Made by a program: the position numbers and the translations under genes. From the NCBI GenBank assembly GCA_049303575.1, contig JBAQNH010000002.1, forward strand, positions 247,932-311,931: a stretch of DNA of 64,000 nt. The letters are read 5' to 3'. The notes under the pieces were generated by a model. That model made no database searches. It saw only the letters and a list, made by a program, of their open reading frames with translations, and was not told the DNA's origin. This DNA comes from Microgenomates group bacterium. Its GTDB lineage: Bacteria; Patescibacteriota; Microgenomatia; UBA1400; MFAQ01. This document shows positions 1-9,715 of this stretch, in pieces. Positions within the stretch are counted from its first letter, which is position 1, and every line of letters starts with the position of its first letter.

Positions 1-120
1 GCGCGACTCAGCTAAATAAGCTTGAGGAGTAAATAGAGCATATCCATCCAAGGGAAGATTCCTTGGGTATTTTCTGTTTTCTTCTCAAGATCGAGTGGCG
101 CGAAAAAGAAAGGATTCGGG

Positions 121-2295
121 ATGACTCATCCTCAAACCACCATTGTTCTCAATGGTAAAACTATTACAATCGAGACCGGCCGCTTCGGCGCCCAAGCCTC
201 AGGTTCCGTTACCGTCAGATGTGGCGACACCGTCGTCATTGCCTCATGCGTAGCTACCAACAAAGTCAAAGAAGGAATTGATTATTTTCCTCTTTCAATT
301 GATTACCAAGAAAAATTCTATGCTGGCGGAGTTATTAGCTCCAGTCGTTTCATCAAGCGTGAAGGTAGACCATCCGAAGGAGAAATTCTCACCGGTCGTG
401 TCATTGATCGTTCCGTTAGACCTCTTTTTGATCAAGCATCCCGAAATGAAGTTCAACTTCTAGCCTCTCCTCTCTCCATCGATGGAGTTGAAGAACCTGA
501 AATTTTGGCCATCATCGCTGCCTCGGCCGCTATCTCCATGTCCGACTATCCTTGGTCCGGTCCTGTCGGTGCTGTTCGTATTGGTATGACTCCTGAAGGC
601 GAGTACATCGTGAACCCAACCAGTGAACAAAAACTAACCTCCCCTCTAGACTTAGTTGTCTCCGGTCCAAAAGGTGGTATTTGTATGGTTGAAGCCGGTG
701 CCAACGAAGTCAGTGAAGAAAAAATGACTGGTGCTTTAGCTTACGCCCAAGAATTCGTCGACACAGTTGCCGAAGGCATTGATAAATTTGCCAAAGCCAA
801 CGGTAAACCCAAGCGCGTTATTCCCGCCATTGAAATCGATCCCGAAATCCAAAAATTTGTCAAAGCCGAAATCGGTGATGTTGCCGAACTTCTCAAAAAT
901 GAGGCCACCAAAACCGGTACTCAAGCAAGAGAAGTTGTTACCGCCATCTGCGAAAAACATCCGGAATCAAATCCGAGTCATATTGCCGAAGCTGCCGACC
1001 ATATGCTTCGTGACCTAGCCAGAAAAAACATTCTCGAGACAAAAATCCGTCCCGATGGTCGAGGTACCGAAGACATTCGCCCTATTAATATTGAAATAGG
1101 ACTTCTTCCTCGTACTCATGGTTCTGCTTTCTTCCAGCGCGGACTAACCCACGTTCTTTCGGTCGTTACCCTTGCTTCTCCCGCGAGAGAACAGTTGATC
1201 GATGGTATGAAAGGTGAGTCCACCAAACGCTACATGCATCACTACAACATGCCCGGCTATGCCGCCGGAGAAGTTGGTCGTCCCGGTACCGGTCGTCGTG
1301 AAATTGGACACGGTGCTTTGGCCGAAAGAGCCCTTATTCCTGTTCTTCCTGATCAATCAGAGTTCCCTTACGCCATTCGCGTTGTTTCTGAAGTCATGTC
1401 TAGTAATGGTTCCACTTCCCAGGCTTCCATTTGTGGTTCCACTCTTTCGTTAATGGACGCTGGAGTACCAATCAAGAAAGCCGTCGCCGGCACCGCCATG
1501 GGACTAATTACCGAAGGCAATCAATTTGTGACCCTTACCGACATCTGTGGACTCGAAGATCACCTTGGTGATATGGACTTCAAAGTCGCCGGTACTATTG
1601 ATGGTATTACTGCACTTCAGATGGACGTTAAAGTCACTGGCATCAAAGCCGAAGTCTTAACTCAGGCAGTCGATCAAGCAAAAAGAGCCAGACTAAAAAT
1701 TTTGGAACTCATGACGGAAGCCATTACCTCTCCCCGTTCCAAAATTTCTCAGTACGCTCCTAAAATTGTTTCTACCAAAGTTCCTGTCGCCAAAATTGGT
1801 GACGTTATTGGATCAGGCGGTAAAATTATCCACCAAATTCAGGATGACTTCCTCGTTGAAGTCAACATCGAAGATGACGGTACGGTTACTGTTACGGGTA
1901 GCGATCAAGCAAAAGTTGACGGCGCCGTCGCCTATATCGACTCTATCGTTGCCGAAGCCGAAGTGGGTAGAACATATCAAGGCACTGTAGCCAGAATTGA
2001 AGCTTTTGGCGCCTTCGTTAATATTCTTCCTGGTAAAGATGGACTAGTTCATATTTCTCAAGTTCAACCAGAAGTATTTAAAGCAATGAAGATTGGTGAC
2101 AAAGTTGAAGTCAGATGTTACGAAGTCGACTCCATGGGTCGTGTTAATCTCACCATGCTCAAAGAAGGCGAAACTCCCATAAGAGCTGAACGCCCAATGG
2201 GTGGCGGTGGAGACCGACCAAGATTTGGTGGAGACCATGGTGGCCAAAGAAGTGGTGGCCGACCCAATTTCCGTAACTTTAGAGACAGTCGTTAA
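121..2295 (+). CDS. pnp: polynucleotide phosphorylase (PNPase) with KH and S1 domains and a Gly/Arg-rich C-terminal tail
   Basis: 724 aa; N-terminal RNase PH-like motifs, FFQRG and GSSM-type motifs, S1 domain, RGG-like tail GGGGDRPRFGGDHGGQRSGGRP. Confidence 0.95.
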   Translation: MTHPQTTIVLNGKTITIETGRFGAQASGSVTVRCGDTVVIASCVATNKVKEGIDYFPLSIDYQEKFYAGGVISSSRFIKREGRPSEGEILTGRVIDRSVRPLFDQASRNEVQLLASPLSIDGVEEPEILAIIAASAAISMSDYPWSGPVGAVRIGMTPEGEYIVNPTSEQKLTSPLDLVVSGPKGGICMVEAGANEVSEEKMTGALAYAQEFVDTVAEGIDKFAKANGKPKRVIPAIEIDPEIQKFVKAEIGDVAELLKNEATKTGTQAREVVTAICEKHPESNPSHIAEAADHMLRDLARKNILETKIRPDGRGTEDIRPINIEIGLLPRTHGSAFFQRGLTHVLSVVTLASPAREQLIDGMKGESTKRYMHHYNMPGYAAGEVGRPGTGRREIGHGALAERALIPVLPDQSEFPYAIRVVSEVMSSNGSTSQASICGSTLSLMDAGVPIKKAVAGTAMGLITEGNQFVTLTDICGLEDHLGDMDFKVAGTIDGITALQMDVKVTGIKAEVLTQAVDQAKRARLKILELMTEAITSPRSKISQYAPKIVSTKVPVAKIGDVIGSGGKIIHQIQDDFLVEVNIEDDGTVTVTGSDQAKVDGAVAYIDSIVAEAEVGRTYQGTVARIEAFGAFVNILPGKDGLVHISQVQPEVFKAMKIGDKVEVRCYEVDSMGRVNLTMLKEGETPIRAERPMGGGGDRPRFGGDHGGQRSGGRPNFRNFRDSR

Positions 2296-2327
2296 TGTAG
2301 AATATTTATTAAGGCCTTAGCCCGAGA

Positions 2328-2356
2328 AGCCCCGAGGAATCGGGGCTTTTTGTTTT
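2328..2356 (+). terminator. rho-independent terminator after pnp
   Basis: stem AGCCCCG/CGGGGCT with loop AGGAAT, followed by a T-tract. Confidence 0.6.
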
Positions 2357-2382
2357 CAACTTATTCGTCATATAATGAATTT

Positions 2383-3447
2383 ATGGAACCCTCTGCCCCA
2401 GTCCCAACACCACCTGCTTCTATGCTCGACGATCTTCGTCACAAGATTGAAGGTATCGTAATTCCTCCCGAGCTTAAGCAAAATACTCTGGAAATGATTG
2501 CTCGTCTTGAGCGCCTTTCTAGCCAGGGTTTTTTCTCGGAAGAATACGAAAAACTTAGTCATTACATTACTTGGGTCTCCAAGGTTCCCTGGACCAATAG
2601 GGTCGAACGACCCATCGACCTCACGGCTATCAAAGCGACCCTCGATAAAAATCATTACGGTATGGCCGAGGTGAAGGAACGTATTCTTGAATATATGTCC
2701 GTCCTCAAGCTTCGTTCCTCCAAAAATCTTGGTGTAGCTAGAGCACCAATTGTTTGTTTGGTTGGTCTTGTTGGTACCGGTAAAACTACCTTTGCTTACT
2801 CGCTTTCCGAAGCTCTCGGTCGTCCCATTGCCCGTATTCCCTTTGGGGGTTTAGGTTCAGCTAAAGATCTTCGTGGAGAGTCCCGTCTTCATCTTGAAGC
2901 CGAACCTGGTTATATCGTCAGAGCTCTTTGTGAAACCGGCGTCAAAAACCCCATTATCCTTCTTGATGAAATTGACAGAGTCACTGAAGAATCCAGAGCC
3001 GATCTCATGGGTGTCTTAGTCGAAATTCTTGATCCAACTCAAAACAATCGTTACCTCGATCACTTTATTGACTACCCGGTTGATCTTTCTGAGGTTATGT
3101 TTATTGCTACCGCCAACAACACCGGCAATCTAGCCACGGCTGTTATGGATCGTTTGGAACCTATTCAAATGCCTTCATACTCCGACGACGAAAAAACCCA
3201 TATCGCCCAAAACTATCTCTTTCCCAAGGCCTTGGAAGCCGCCGGTATGGACCCTGGCCTCATTACGGTAGATCCTGCCCTCTGGCCCACTATAATCCGC
3301 CCCTTAGGTTATGACGCAGGTATTCGTACCCTCAACCGTACCATCGAGGGTATTGTTCGCAAAGTAGCCTTGTTACTTGTCACTGGACAGGCTAAATCCA
3401 TTGCTCTAAACTCGGAAAACATCAAGTCCTTCCTCCCCAAGTGGTAG
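2383..3447 (+). CDS. Lon-like AAA+ ATPase module with no N-domain and no S16 protease domain
   Basis: Walker A GLVGTGKTT; aligns along its length to the Lon AAA+ region (ILLDEIDRV, VLDPTQNNRY, FIATANN, DRLE); the track start at 2350 is a TTG inside the terminator T-tract, the ATG at 2383 lies 8 nt after a TATAAT box. Confidence 0.6.
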   Translation: MEPSAPVPTPPASMLDDLRHKIEGIVIPPELKQNTLEMIARLERLSSQGFFSEEYEKLSHYITWVSKVPWTNRVERPIDLTAIKATLDKNHYGMAEVKERILEYMSVLKLRSSKNLGVARAPIVCLVGLVGTGKTTFAYSLSEALGRPIARIPFGGLGSAKDLRGESRLHLEAEPGYIVRALCETGVKNPIILLDEIDRVTEESRADLMGVLVEILDPTQNNRYLDHFIDYPVDLSEVMFIATANNTGNLATAVMDRLEPIQMPSYSDDEKTHIAQNYLFPKALEAAGMDPGLITVDPALWPTIIRPLGYDAGIRTLNRTIEGIVRKVALLLVTGQAKSIALNSENIKSFLPKW

Positions 3448-3644
3448 TTAGTGTATAATAAACCCATATTGAGTTTAGACTTGACTAAGACAAGTTACCT
3501 TTGATTCCGAAAGTTTATTGCAGCTTTGGTTCCCAAACAATTTCCTTAGTAAGTGTAAAATAAATTAAGTTAAGCTGGCCTTTTGCCGGCGCGTTCAAAC
3601 AGTGTATCTGCTTTGATCGGTTTAGTAATTAAATAAATATAAAT

Positions 3645-5303
3645 ATGGATTTTAAAAAAACTCCTCTAAAAATTATTCCTTTGGGTGGCGTCGGTGACGT
3701 TACCAAGAATATGTACGTTTACGAATATGGCAACGAACAAATCGTGGTCGACTGTGGCATGGGCTTTCCCAAAGACGATGCCCTCGGTGTCGATGCTGTT
3801 ATTCCGGATATCAGTTATCTCGAGCATAGCGACAAAAAGCTTCATGGCATTGTCCTAACTCATGCTCACCAAGACCACGTTGGTGGTTTACCATACATTC
3901 TTCCCCGCCTTCAAGGCATCGAAGTTTTTGGCAGCAAACTAGCAATCGCCATCGCCGAGATCAAGGTCCGCGAGTTTGGCATTACCAATAAAATGACTCC
4001 GGTTGAAGGCAAGCTAGATCTTGGACCTTTTCATCTGGAATTCATTCACATTACCCATTCCGTCCCCAACTGTTTCCATGTTTTGATCAAAACCCCAGCC
4101 GGTACCGTTTATCATGGTGCTGACTTTAAGTTTGATCTCACTCCCATCGACAATCTTCCTCCAGACATGGGTGCTATGGCTGTTGCCGGAAACAATGGTG
4201 TTGATTTAATGCTTACCGACTGTCTCCGTGTGGAAAAAAATGGCTTCTGCCCTTCAGAACGTTCTCTTCTTACAGCAATTGATAATGAAGTTAGATCCGC
4301 CGAAGGCAAACTCATCTTTACCACTATGTCTTCTTCAATCTCTCGTATTCAGATGGCTATCGATGCTTCAGCTAAATATCATCGTCGTGTTGCTATTGTT
4401 GGGCGTAGTGTAGAACAAAACGTTGAAGCCGCCGCCAAAAATGGCTTTATCAAGATTCCTAAAGGTATCTTCATTAAAAGCCAACAAGTCAGCAGTCTTC
4501 CTGCCAATCAAGTAACCGTGATTGTCTCTGGTTCACAGGGTCAAGTCGGCTCTGCAATGCACAGGCTTGCCAACGATGAACACACCCAGATCAAGCTTAA
4601 AAAAGGCGACAAAGTGGTCATTAGTTCCGATGCTATTCCTGGCAACGAAGGTGATATTTTCGACTTACTAGATACTCTCTATAAGAGAGGTATTGATGTT
4701 AAGTACTCCGGAACCTCCGAGAACCTTCACGTCTCCGGACATGGCTATCGTGGCGACATGATTCTTCTTGCGCGTTTAGTAAGACCAAAAAATATCATCC
4801 CTATCGGCGGTAACCTTCGCCACATGATGATTTATAAGGATCTCGCCAAAGAAATGAACTTTAATCCCGAAAAAGTCTTTGTCCTTTCAGACGGACAATC
4901 AATTCTGCTTGAAAACGGTGTTGTAAAAGAAGGTCCCAAAATCGAAACCAGAAACGTTTATGTCGATGGTTTAGGTATCGGTGACGTTGGCACTGTTGTT
5001 CTCCGTGACCGCCAAGTTATGTCTGCCGATGGAGTTCTCCTCGCAATTGTTCCTATGCGACGCGATAACTCCCAAGTCACTGGTGACATTGAAATCATTT
5101 CCCGTGGTTTTGTTTATCAAAAAGAGTCCCAAGAACTCATTAATGACGCCAGAAAACACGTTTATAGTTGTCTCAAGGATCTCAAAGGTCAAGCCACCGA
5201 CTGGGGATTCATTAGAAAAAAGATAGAAGGGGAATTAGAAAAATTTGCTTTCGAACATACCCAGAGACGTCCTCTCGTTATAGCCATCCTTTTGGAAGTA
5301 TAA
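3645..5303 (+). CDS. rnj: ribonuclease J (metallo-beta-lactamase / beta-CASP)
   Basis: 552 aa; HAHQDHVGG motif, IIPLGGVGDV N-terminus typical of RNase J. Confidence 0.9.
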   Translation: MDFKKTPLKIIPLGGVGDVTKNMYVYEYGNEQIVVDCGMGFPKDDALGVDAVIPDISYLEHSDKKLHGIVLTHAHQDHVGGLPYILPRLQGIEVFGSKLAIAIAEIKVREFGITNKMTPVEGKLDLGPFHLEFIHITHSVPNCFHVLIKTPAGTVYHGADFKFDLTPIDNLPPDMGAMAVAGNNGVDLMLTDCLRVEKNGFCPSERSLLTAIDNEVRSAEGKLIFTTMSSSISRIQMAIDASAKYHRRVAIVGRSVEQNVEAAAKNGFIKIPKGIFIKSQQVSSLPANQVTVIVSGSQGQVGSAMHRLANDEHTQIKLKKGDKVVISSDAIPGNEGDIFDLLDTLYKRGIDVKYSGTSENLHVSGHGYRGDMILLARLVRPKNIIPIGGNLRHMMIYKDLAKEMNFNPEKVFVLSDGQSILLENGVVKEGPKIETRNVYVDGLGIGDVGTVVLRDRQVMSADGVLLAIVPMRRDNSQVTGDIEIISRGFVYQKESQELINDARKHVYSCLKDLKGQATDWGFIRKKIEGELEKFAFEHTQRRPLVIAILLEV

Positions 5304-5304
5304 G

Positions 5305-5889
5305 CTAGTTAAACTTCCGGTCGATTGCCGAAAAAAGATCACTAAATCTATTAAAATTATCTTCGGAAATTGCAAAATCCACAGCAATTTTCGGGATAAT
5401 TGCTTGATGGTCATTAATTTGTCTATCTAAATCAGACAAATATGGGGCAGCCTCTCTTTCTGTTCTTCTTAATATATTTTTTATAATTATTTCTCTGGGT
5501 AAGTCTATCCTTATGGTGAATAACTTGAAATTATTTTTTATGGCAAAGTCTTGTACAAATTCAAATTTTCTATCAATGCTACTATCTAAAATAATAAACC
5601 CGTTACTCTTTGGAAGTTTCTCAAGAAGATATGCCAGGTAACTCAATAATATTTTTTGTTTATTATCATTATTATCAGGAGAAACAAGATTTTCGATAAT
5701 ATCGCGAATATCATCATTATTTATCCTAATTCCCTCATATTTCTCCTCTAATTTCTTGGCAATATAACTTTTTCCTGACCCTGTAATCCCGGAAAATAAC
5801 ACCAGAAACTTTTGATTTTTTTTATCTAAATTCCTTATCTGCTTAACGTGAATATTAAAAATTTGTTCGAGTATAGCTTGTGGGTCCAT
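5305..5889 (-). CDS. P-loop NTPase / predicted kinase (AAA_33 or zeta-toxin-like fold)
   Basis: Walker A GITGSGKS, hhhhD Walker B-like ILDSS; AT-rich; the only minus-strand gene in the first 50 kb. Confidence 0.5.
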   Translation of the reverse strand: MDPQAILEQIFNIHVKQIRNLDKKNQKFLVLFSGITGSGKSYIAKKLEEKYEGIRINNDDIRDIIENLVSPDNNDNKQKILLSYLAYLLEKLPKSNGFIILDSSIDRKFEFVQDFAIKNNFKLFTIRIDLPREIIIKNILRRTEREAAPYLSDLDRQINDHQAIIPKIAVDFAISEDNFNRFSDLFSAIDRKFN

Positions 5890-5929
5890 ATTTACATTAT
5901 AATGATACTCATCATAATAGAACTTATCT

Positions 5930-8041
5930 ATGGCTCGTAAAAAAGGTCGTCGCTCAAAGCCCTACAAACTGAATCTAAAAAAAGACACTGCCAACTCTGT
6001 TATGGCGCTGTTGATTATGGGTACCGGTGGTTTAATTGCTATTTCTTTTTCTCAGCAAGGGGCCTTTCTCACCCAAGTCAATGAAATTGGTCGCAATCTT
6101 TTGGGTTGGCCACTACTTTTAGTCCCCTTTATCTTTGTTGTTGGTGGTCTGCTTCTTACCCATGTCAAACTCGCCATCGCTTCAGCCCACGTTCTTCTTG
6201 GTAGTGTCGTCACCATGATTTCTTTAAGTGGACTTACCGGTTCAGGCAGTATCGGTTCAGGTATTAGAGAATCGATTATTTCTCTTATCTCCACTCCTGG
6301 AGCAATCCTTTTTTTCTTGGTCGGTACAGCCATCGGACTTTTCATTCTTTTTGAAACCTCTATCGAGGATCTCGTTGTCTTTATCCAAGAAAATCTCAAA
6401 AGAGTTGGTGACGCCAGTAGTAAACTCCAAACACTCGGTAAAAAGAACGGCACTGTTTTCGTCAGTAAGCCCGGCTCAGTCAAGATCACTGGCGGGGAAG
6501 ACAATTATGCACCTCCCATCATTCACCAGGAAGACACCAAAAAACCTCCCGTGGTTGGTCAACTGCCCCCCAAGCCCATGCTCGAAGGTGCCACGGCTAC
6601 AATCTGGCAGTATCCTCCAATTAGTCTTCTTTCGGATCAAAAACTCGGCAAAGCCGACCGTGGAGATATCAACAAAAATATTGAGGTCATCCAAAATACT
6701 CTTGAGTCATTTGGTATTCAAGCACACGTTTCTGAGGTTCATAAAGGCCCCGCCGTTACCCAGTATGCTCTGACTATTGCCATGGGTACCAAGTTGTCCA
6801 AAATTAATGCCCTTCAATCTGATTTGGCCCTCGCTCTTTCCGCACCACAAGGGCAAATCCGTATCGAGTCTCCAATCCCTGGTCGAGACTTGGTGGGTAT
6901 CGAAATCCCCAACCGCTCACTGGAATTTGTTTCTCTGAGAGATATGCTCAGTTCGCCTGCCATGCAAAACAACAAGTCAAAAACCATGGTCTCGCTTGGT
7001 TTAGATGTTTCCGGTACTGCTTGTGTTGTGGATATCGCCAAAATGCCTCACATTCTCATCGCTGGTACTACCGGTTCCGGAAAATCGGTTCTTATTAATG
7101 CTTTTATTGCCTCAATTCTTTTTCGAGCTTCCCCCGAAGAAGTCAAATTTATTATGGTTGATCCGAAACGTGTCGAGCTTACTCCTTATAGTGGTATTCC
7201 TCATCTACTTACCGATGTTATCGTCGATGTCGACAAAGTCGTCAACGCTTTGGGTTGGGCTGTAGCCGAAATGGAAAGACGTTATAAAATTTTTCAAGAG
7301 GTTGGTGTCAAAAATATTGCCGGTTACAACGAAAGTAAGGCCTTTCAATCCATGCCTTACATCATCATTGTCATTGACGAGATCGCCGACATTATGATGA
7401 ACAAAAACGCCGGCGAAGTTGAAAATCATATTGTCCGTTTGGCCCAAATGGCTCGTGCTGTTGGTATTCACTTGGTTCTTGCCACCCAACGACCATCCGT
7501 CAACGTCATCACCGGTATTATTAAAGCCAACATTCCCGCCCGTATTGCTTTTCAAGTCACTTCAATGATTGATTCTCGCGTTATTATTGACACCCCGGGT
7601 GCCGAAAAACTACTAGGTAAAGGAGATATGCTTTTTATTCCTCCGGATGTGGCCAAGCCCAAACGTATCCAGGGAGCATTTGTTTCCGAAAAAGAAATTG
7701 CCGATCTTCTCAGGTTTATTCAAAGCATTGGTGTTGAAGCCAAAAGAGATGACACAATTACAAAAAATGTTTCCAAAGGAAGAATTGGAACTAGTGGTCA
7801 GGACATGGGTAATGTAGATGAAAAATTTGAAGAAGCCGCCAGACTCTGTATCGCTGAAGGCAAAGGCTCTGCCTCCCTTCTCCAGCGTCGCCTTGAGGTT
7901 GGCTACGCCAGAGCCGCAAGAATCCTAGATCAACTGGAAAATGCTGGTATTCTTGCCCACGCCGAAGGTAATAAGCCTCGCGAAGTTATTGTTAATAGTT
8001 TTGATGAATACCTGCCCCAAAACGAAGAGCAGGAACAATAA
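5930..8041 (+). CDS. ftsK: DNA translocase FtsK/SpoIIIE
   Basis: N-terminal TM helices, motor domain Walker A GTTGSGKSV, C-terminal gamma wHTH. Confidence 0.9.
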   Translation: MARKKGRRSKPYKLNLKKDTANSVMALLIMGTGGLIAISFSQQGAFLTQVNEIGRNLLGWPLLLVPFIFVVGGLLLTHVKLAIASAHVLLGSVVTMISLSGLTGSGSIGSGIRESIISLISTPGAILFFLVGTAIGLFILFETSIEDLVVFIQENLKRVGDASSKLQTLGKKNGTVFVSKPGSVKITGGEDNYAPPIIHQEDTKKPPVVGQLPPKPMLEGATATIWQYPPISLLSDQKLGKADRGDINKNIEVIQNTLESFGIQAHVSEVHKGPAVTQYALTIAMGTKLSKINALQSDLALALSAPQGQIRIESPIPGRDLVGIEIPNRSLEFVSLRDMLSSPAMQNNKSKTMVSLGLDVSGTACVVDIAKMPHILIAGTTGSGKSVLINAFIASILFRASPEEVKFIMVDPKRVELTPYSGIPHLLTDVIVDVDKVVNALGWAVAEMERRYKIFQEVGVKNIAGYNESKAFQSMPYIIIVIDEIADIMMNKNAGEVENHIVRLAQMARAVGIHLVLATQRPSVNVITGIIKANIPARIAFQVTSMIDSRVIIDTPGAEKLLGKGDMLFIPPDVAKPKRIQGAFVSEKEIADLLRFIQSIGVEAKRDDTITKNVSKGRIGTSGQDMGNVDEKFEEAARLCIAEGKGSASLLQRRLEVGYARAARILDQLENAGILAHAEGNKPREVIVNSFDEYLPQNEEQEQ

Positions 8042-8046
8042 CTGTT

Positions 8047-8676
8047 ATGAAAACAGTTGGACAACTTCTCCACTCTGAAAGAAATAGGAAAAATATTTCT
8101 ATTTCAGAACTTTCTTTGGCTACCAAAATTGATGGCAAATATATCGAAGCCCTAGAAGCAGATCGTTATGATCTTCTTCCCTCCGAAACTTTTGCCAAGG
8201 GCTTTATCAGAAACTTATCGTTGAGTCTTGGTAGCGATCCGGAAGATTTTATCGCTGTTTTTAGGAGGGATTATCGTAATCCAGAACTCAAAAAAAATAT
8301 TGTCAAACAACACAAAAAACAAAGGCTTAATCTTCCTCATATATCTTCACAACTTCTACCAATAGTTCTGGGTGTAATTGTTTTTCTTGTTTACCTTATT
8401 TTTCAGTTTAGAGTTATTCTCACTCCTCCTCCTCTCACGGTGAATCGTCCTCTTGTAGGCGCCGTTCTCTCCTCTCCGGTTGAAATTCAAGGCTCAACTT
8501 CAACAGACTCCTTGGTCACCATAAATGAAGATAATGTCGTCAAACCGGATCAAAACGGTGTTTTTCAGGTAAGCATCAGTCTTCCTGTTGGTGAAATCTT
8601 GGTAAAGATAAAAGCCACCAATCGTTTTGGGAGAGTCACCTCTACCGATCTTCCCCTCACCATCATCTCCAACTAA
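8047..8676 (+). CDS. RodZ-like HTH (XRE) membrane protein
   Basis: N-terminal HTH ISISELSLATKIDGKYIEALE, central TM helix, C-terminal beta domain. Confidence 0.55.
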   Translation: MKTVGQLLHSERNRKNISISELSLATKIDGKYIEALEADRYDLLPSETFAKGFIRNLSLSLGSDPEDFIAVFRRDYRNPELKKNIVKQHKKQRLNLPHISSQLLPIVLGVIVFLVYLIFQFRVILTPPPLTVNRPLVGAVLSSPVEIQGSTSTDSLVTINEDNVVKPDQNGVFQVSISLPVGEILVKIKATNRFGRVTSTDLPLTIISN

Positions 8677-8709
8677 CCGAGAAAGCAAAAAATTTGCTAT
8701 GATGAATAT

Positions 8710-9009
8710 ATGACTTTGTCACAGATTATTTCGCTCATATCTGTCTCGGTTCTCACCGTCGTTGCTGTTATTGTCGGTATTGAGTTGATTTTGGTTCTCA
8801 AAGAACTAAAAAGCTCTCTAACAAGAGTCAATCACACACTTGATACCGCCGATGAAACTCTCCAAAAACTTTCCCAGCCAGCAGTAGGTCTCTTTGCTAT
8901 CATCGAGGGTTTTCGTCAGTCCGGAAAAATTGTCGAAATGGTCCAGCACTTACTTGGCAAAGACAAACCGTCAGCCCCGGTAAATCTTGAAGAAGATGAG
9001 CCTCAATAA
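8710..9009 (+). CDS. small membrane protein, DUF948-like
   Basis: N-terminal TM helix followed by a helical region; paired with a YtxH-like ORF as in Firmicutes. Confidence 0.35.
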   Translation: MTLSQIISLISVSVLTVVAVIVGIELILVLKELKSSLTRVNHTLDTADETLQKLSQPAVGLFAIIEGFRQSGKIVEMVQHLLGKDKPSAPVNLEEDEPQ

Positions 9010-9295
9010 TAACCAAGACCACCACTTTTCCTCCTTTGCCATGGGAGCAACCATCGGCGTCATCGCCGCTTTACTTTTTGGCACCGAAGAGGGTCGAAAA
9101 GTCGTTAAGGAAGTCTTGAATACCATTCCTGAAAAATACAAAAAGATCCCAGGGAATCTTCTTCCTCACGAGAAACCTGAAGAAGTTCCCCAGACTCCGA
9201 TAATTACTCCCCAAGAAACTCCTCACCACGCTACCTATGATTTTGAAGCACCACCACCTCCCCCTCCGTCAGTGCATCCTTTCCATCCAGAGTAG
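8987..9295 (+). CDS. YtxH-like small protein with Pro-rich C-terminus
   Basis: GATIGVIAALLFGTEEGRK motif typical of the YtxH family. Confidence 0.35.
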   Translation: MKKMSLNNNQDHHFSSFAMGATIGVIAALLFGTEEGRKVVKEVLNTIPEKYKKIPGNLLPHEKPEEVPQTPIITPQETPHHATYDFEAPPPPPPSVHPFHPE

Positions 9296-9307
9296 ATATC
9301 CTATAGC

Positions 9308-9336
9308 TTGACATTTAGCCCGTTTTGGAGTATACT
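9308..9336 (+). promoter_or_regulatory. consensus sigma70-type promoter (TTGACA, 17 nt spacer, TATACT)
   Basis: exact TTGACA and TATACT hexamers, 17 nt spacer, then RBS AAGGAGAG and ATG at 9381. Confidence 0.55.
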
Positions 9337-9380
9337 ACGCACAGTAATTCAAACTTACACTTTGACACAAGGAGAGTGCA

Positions 9381-9650
9381 ATGGGTTATTATTTCAACCC
9401 CCCCCAGTTACTTCCGCAAAAAGGTCGAAAATTAACTACCCGTAGTAATTTATACGGCGAACTCGTCGCTCAGCTTCAGCCAGGTGAAAAACTCATGGGG
9501 CACTATGATCGCGGCATGTTTCAAAATGCTGTCCACCTGTATTCCCAGAGCGAGTTCGATGGTTTTGAAGATCAGGTTAAGCGGGGAATAATTATCCGCC
9601 TGGGATTTTATGCCCTCAATGAAGAAGATTTCGCTCAGTATGTCGGGTAA
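9381..9650 (+). CDS. hypothetical protein (89 aa), monocistronic
   Basis: own consensus promoter, strong RBS, own terminator; no recognisable domain. Confidence 0.45.
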   Translation: MGYYFNPPQLLPQKGRKLTTRSNLYGELVAQLQPGEKLMGHYDRGMFQNAVHLYSQSEFDGFEDQVKRGIIIRLGFYALNEEDFAQYVG

Positions 9651-9661
9651 ATTTTGTACAA

Positions 9662-9696
9662 AATACCTCTTTTTTAAATAAGAGGTATTTTTTTTA
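9662..9696 (+). terminator. rho-independent terminator
   Basis: AATACCTCTT / AAGAGGTATT stem followed by T8. Confidence 0.6.
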
Positions 9697-9715
9697 GGCT
9701 ATAATTTGTATTCAA

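Noticed and set aside
2350-2382. TTG start at 2350 for the Lon-like gene
   Set aside because: It lies within the T-tract of the pnp terminator and upstream of a TATAAT box. The ATG at 2383 is more plausible (leaderless).
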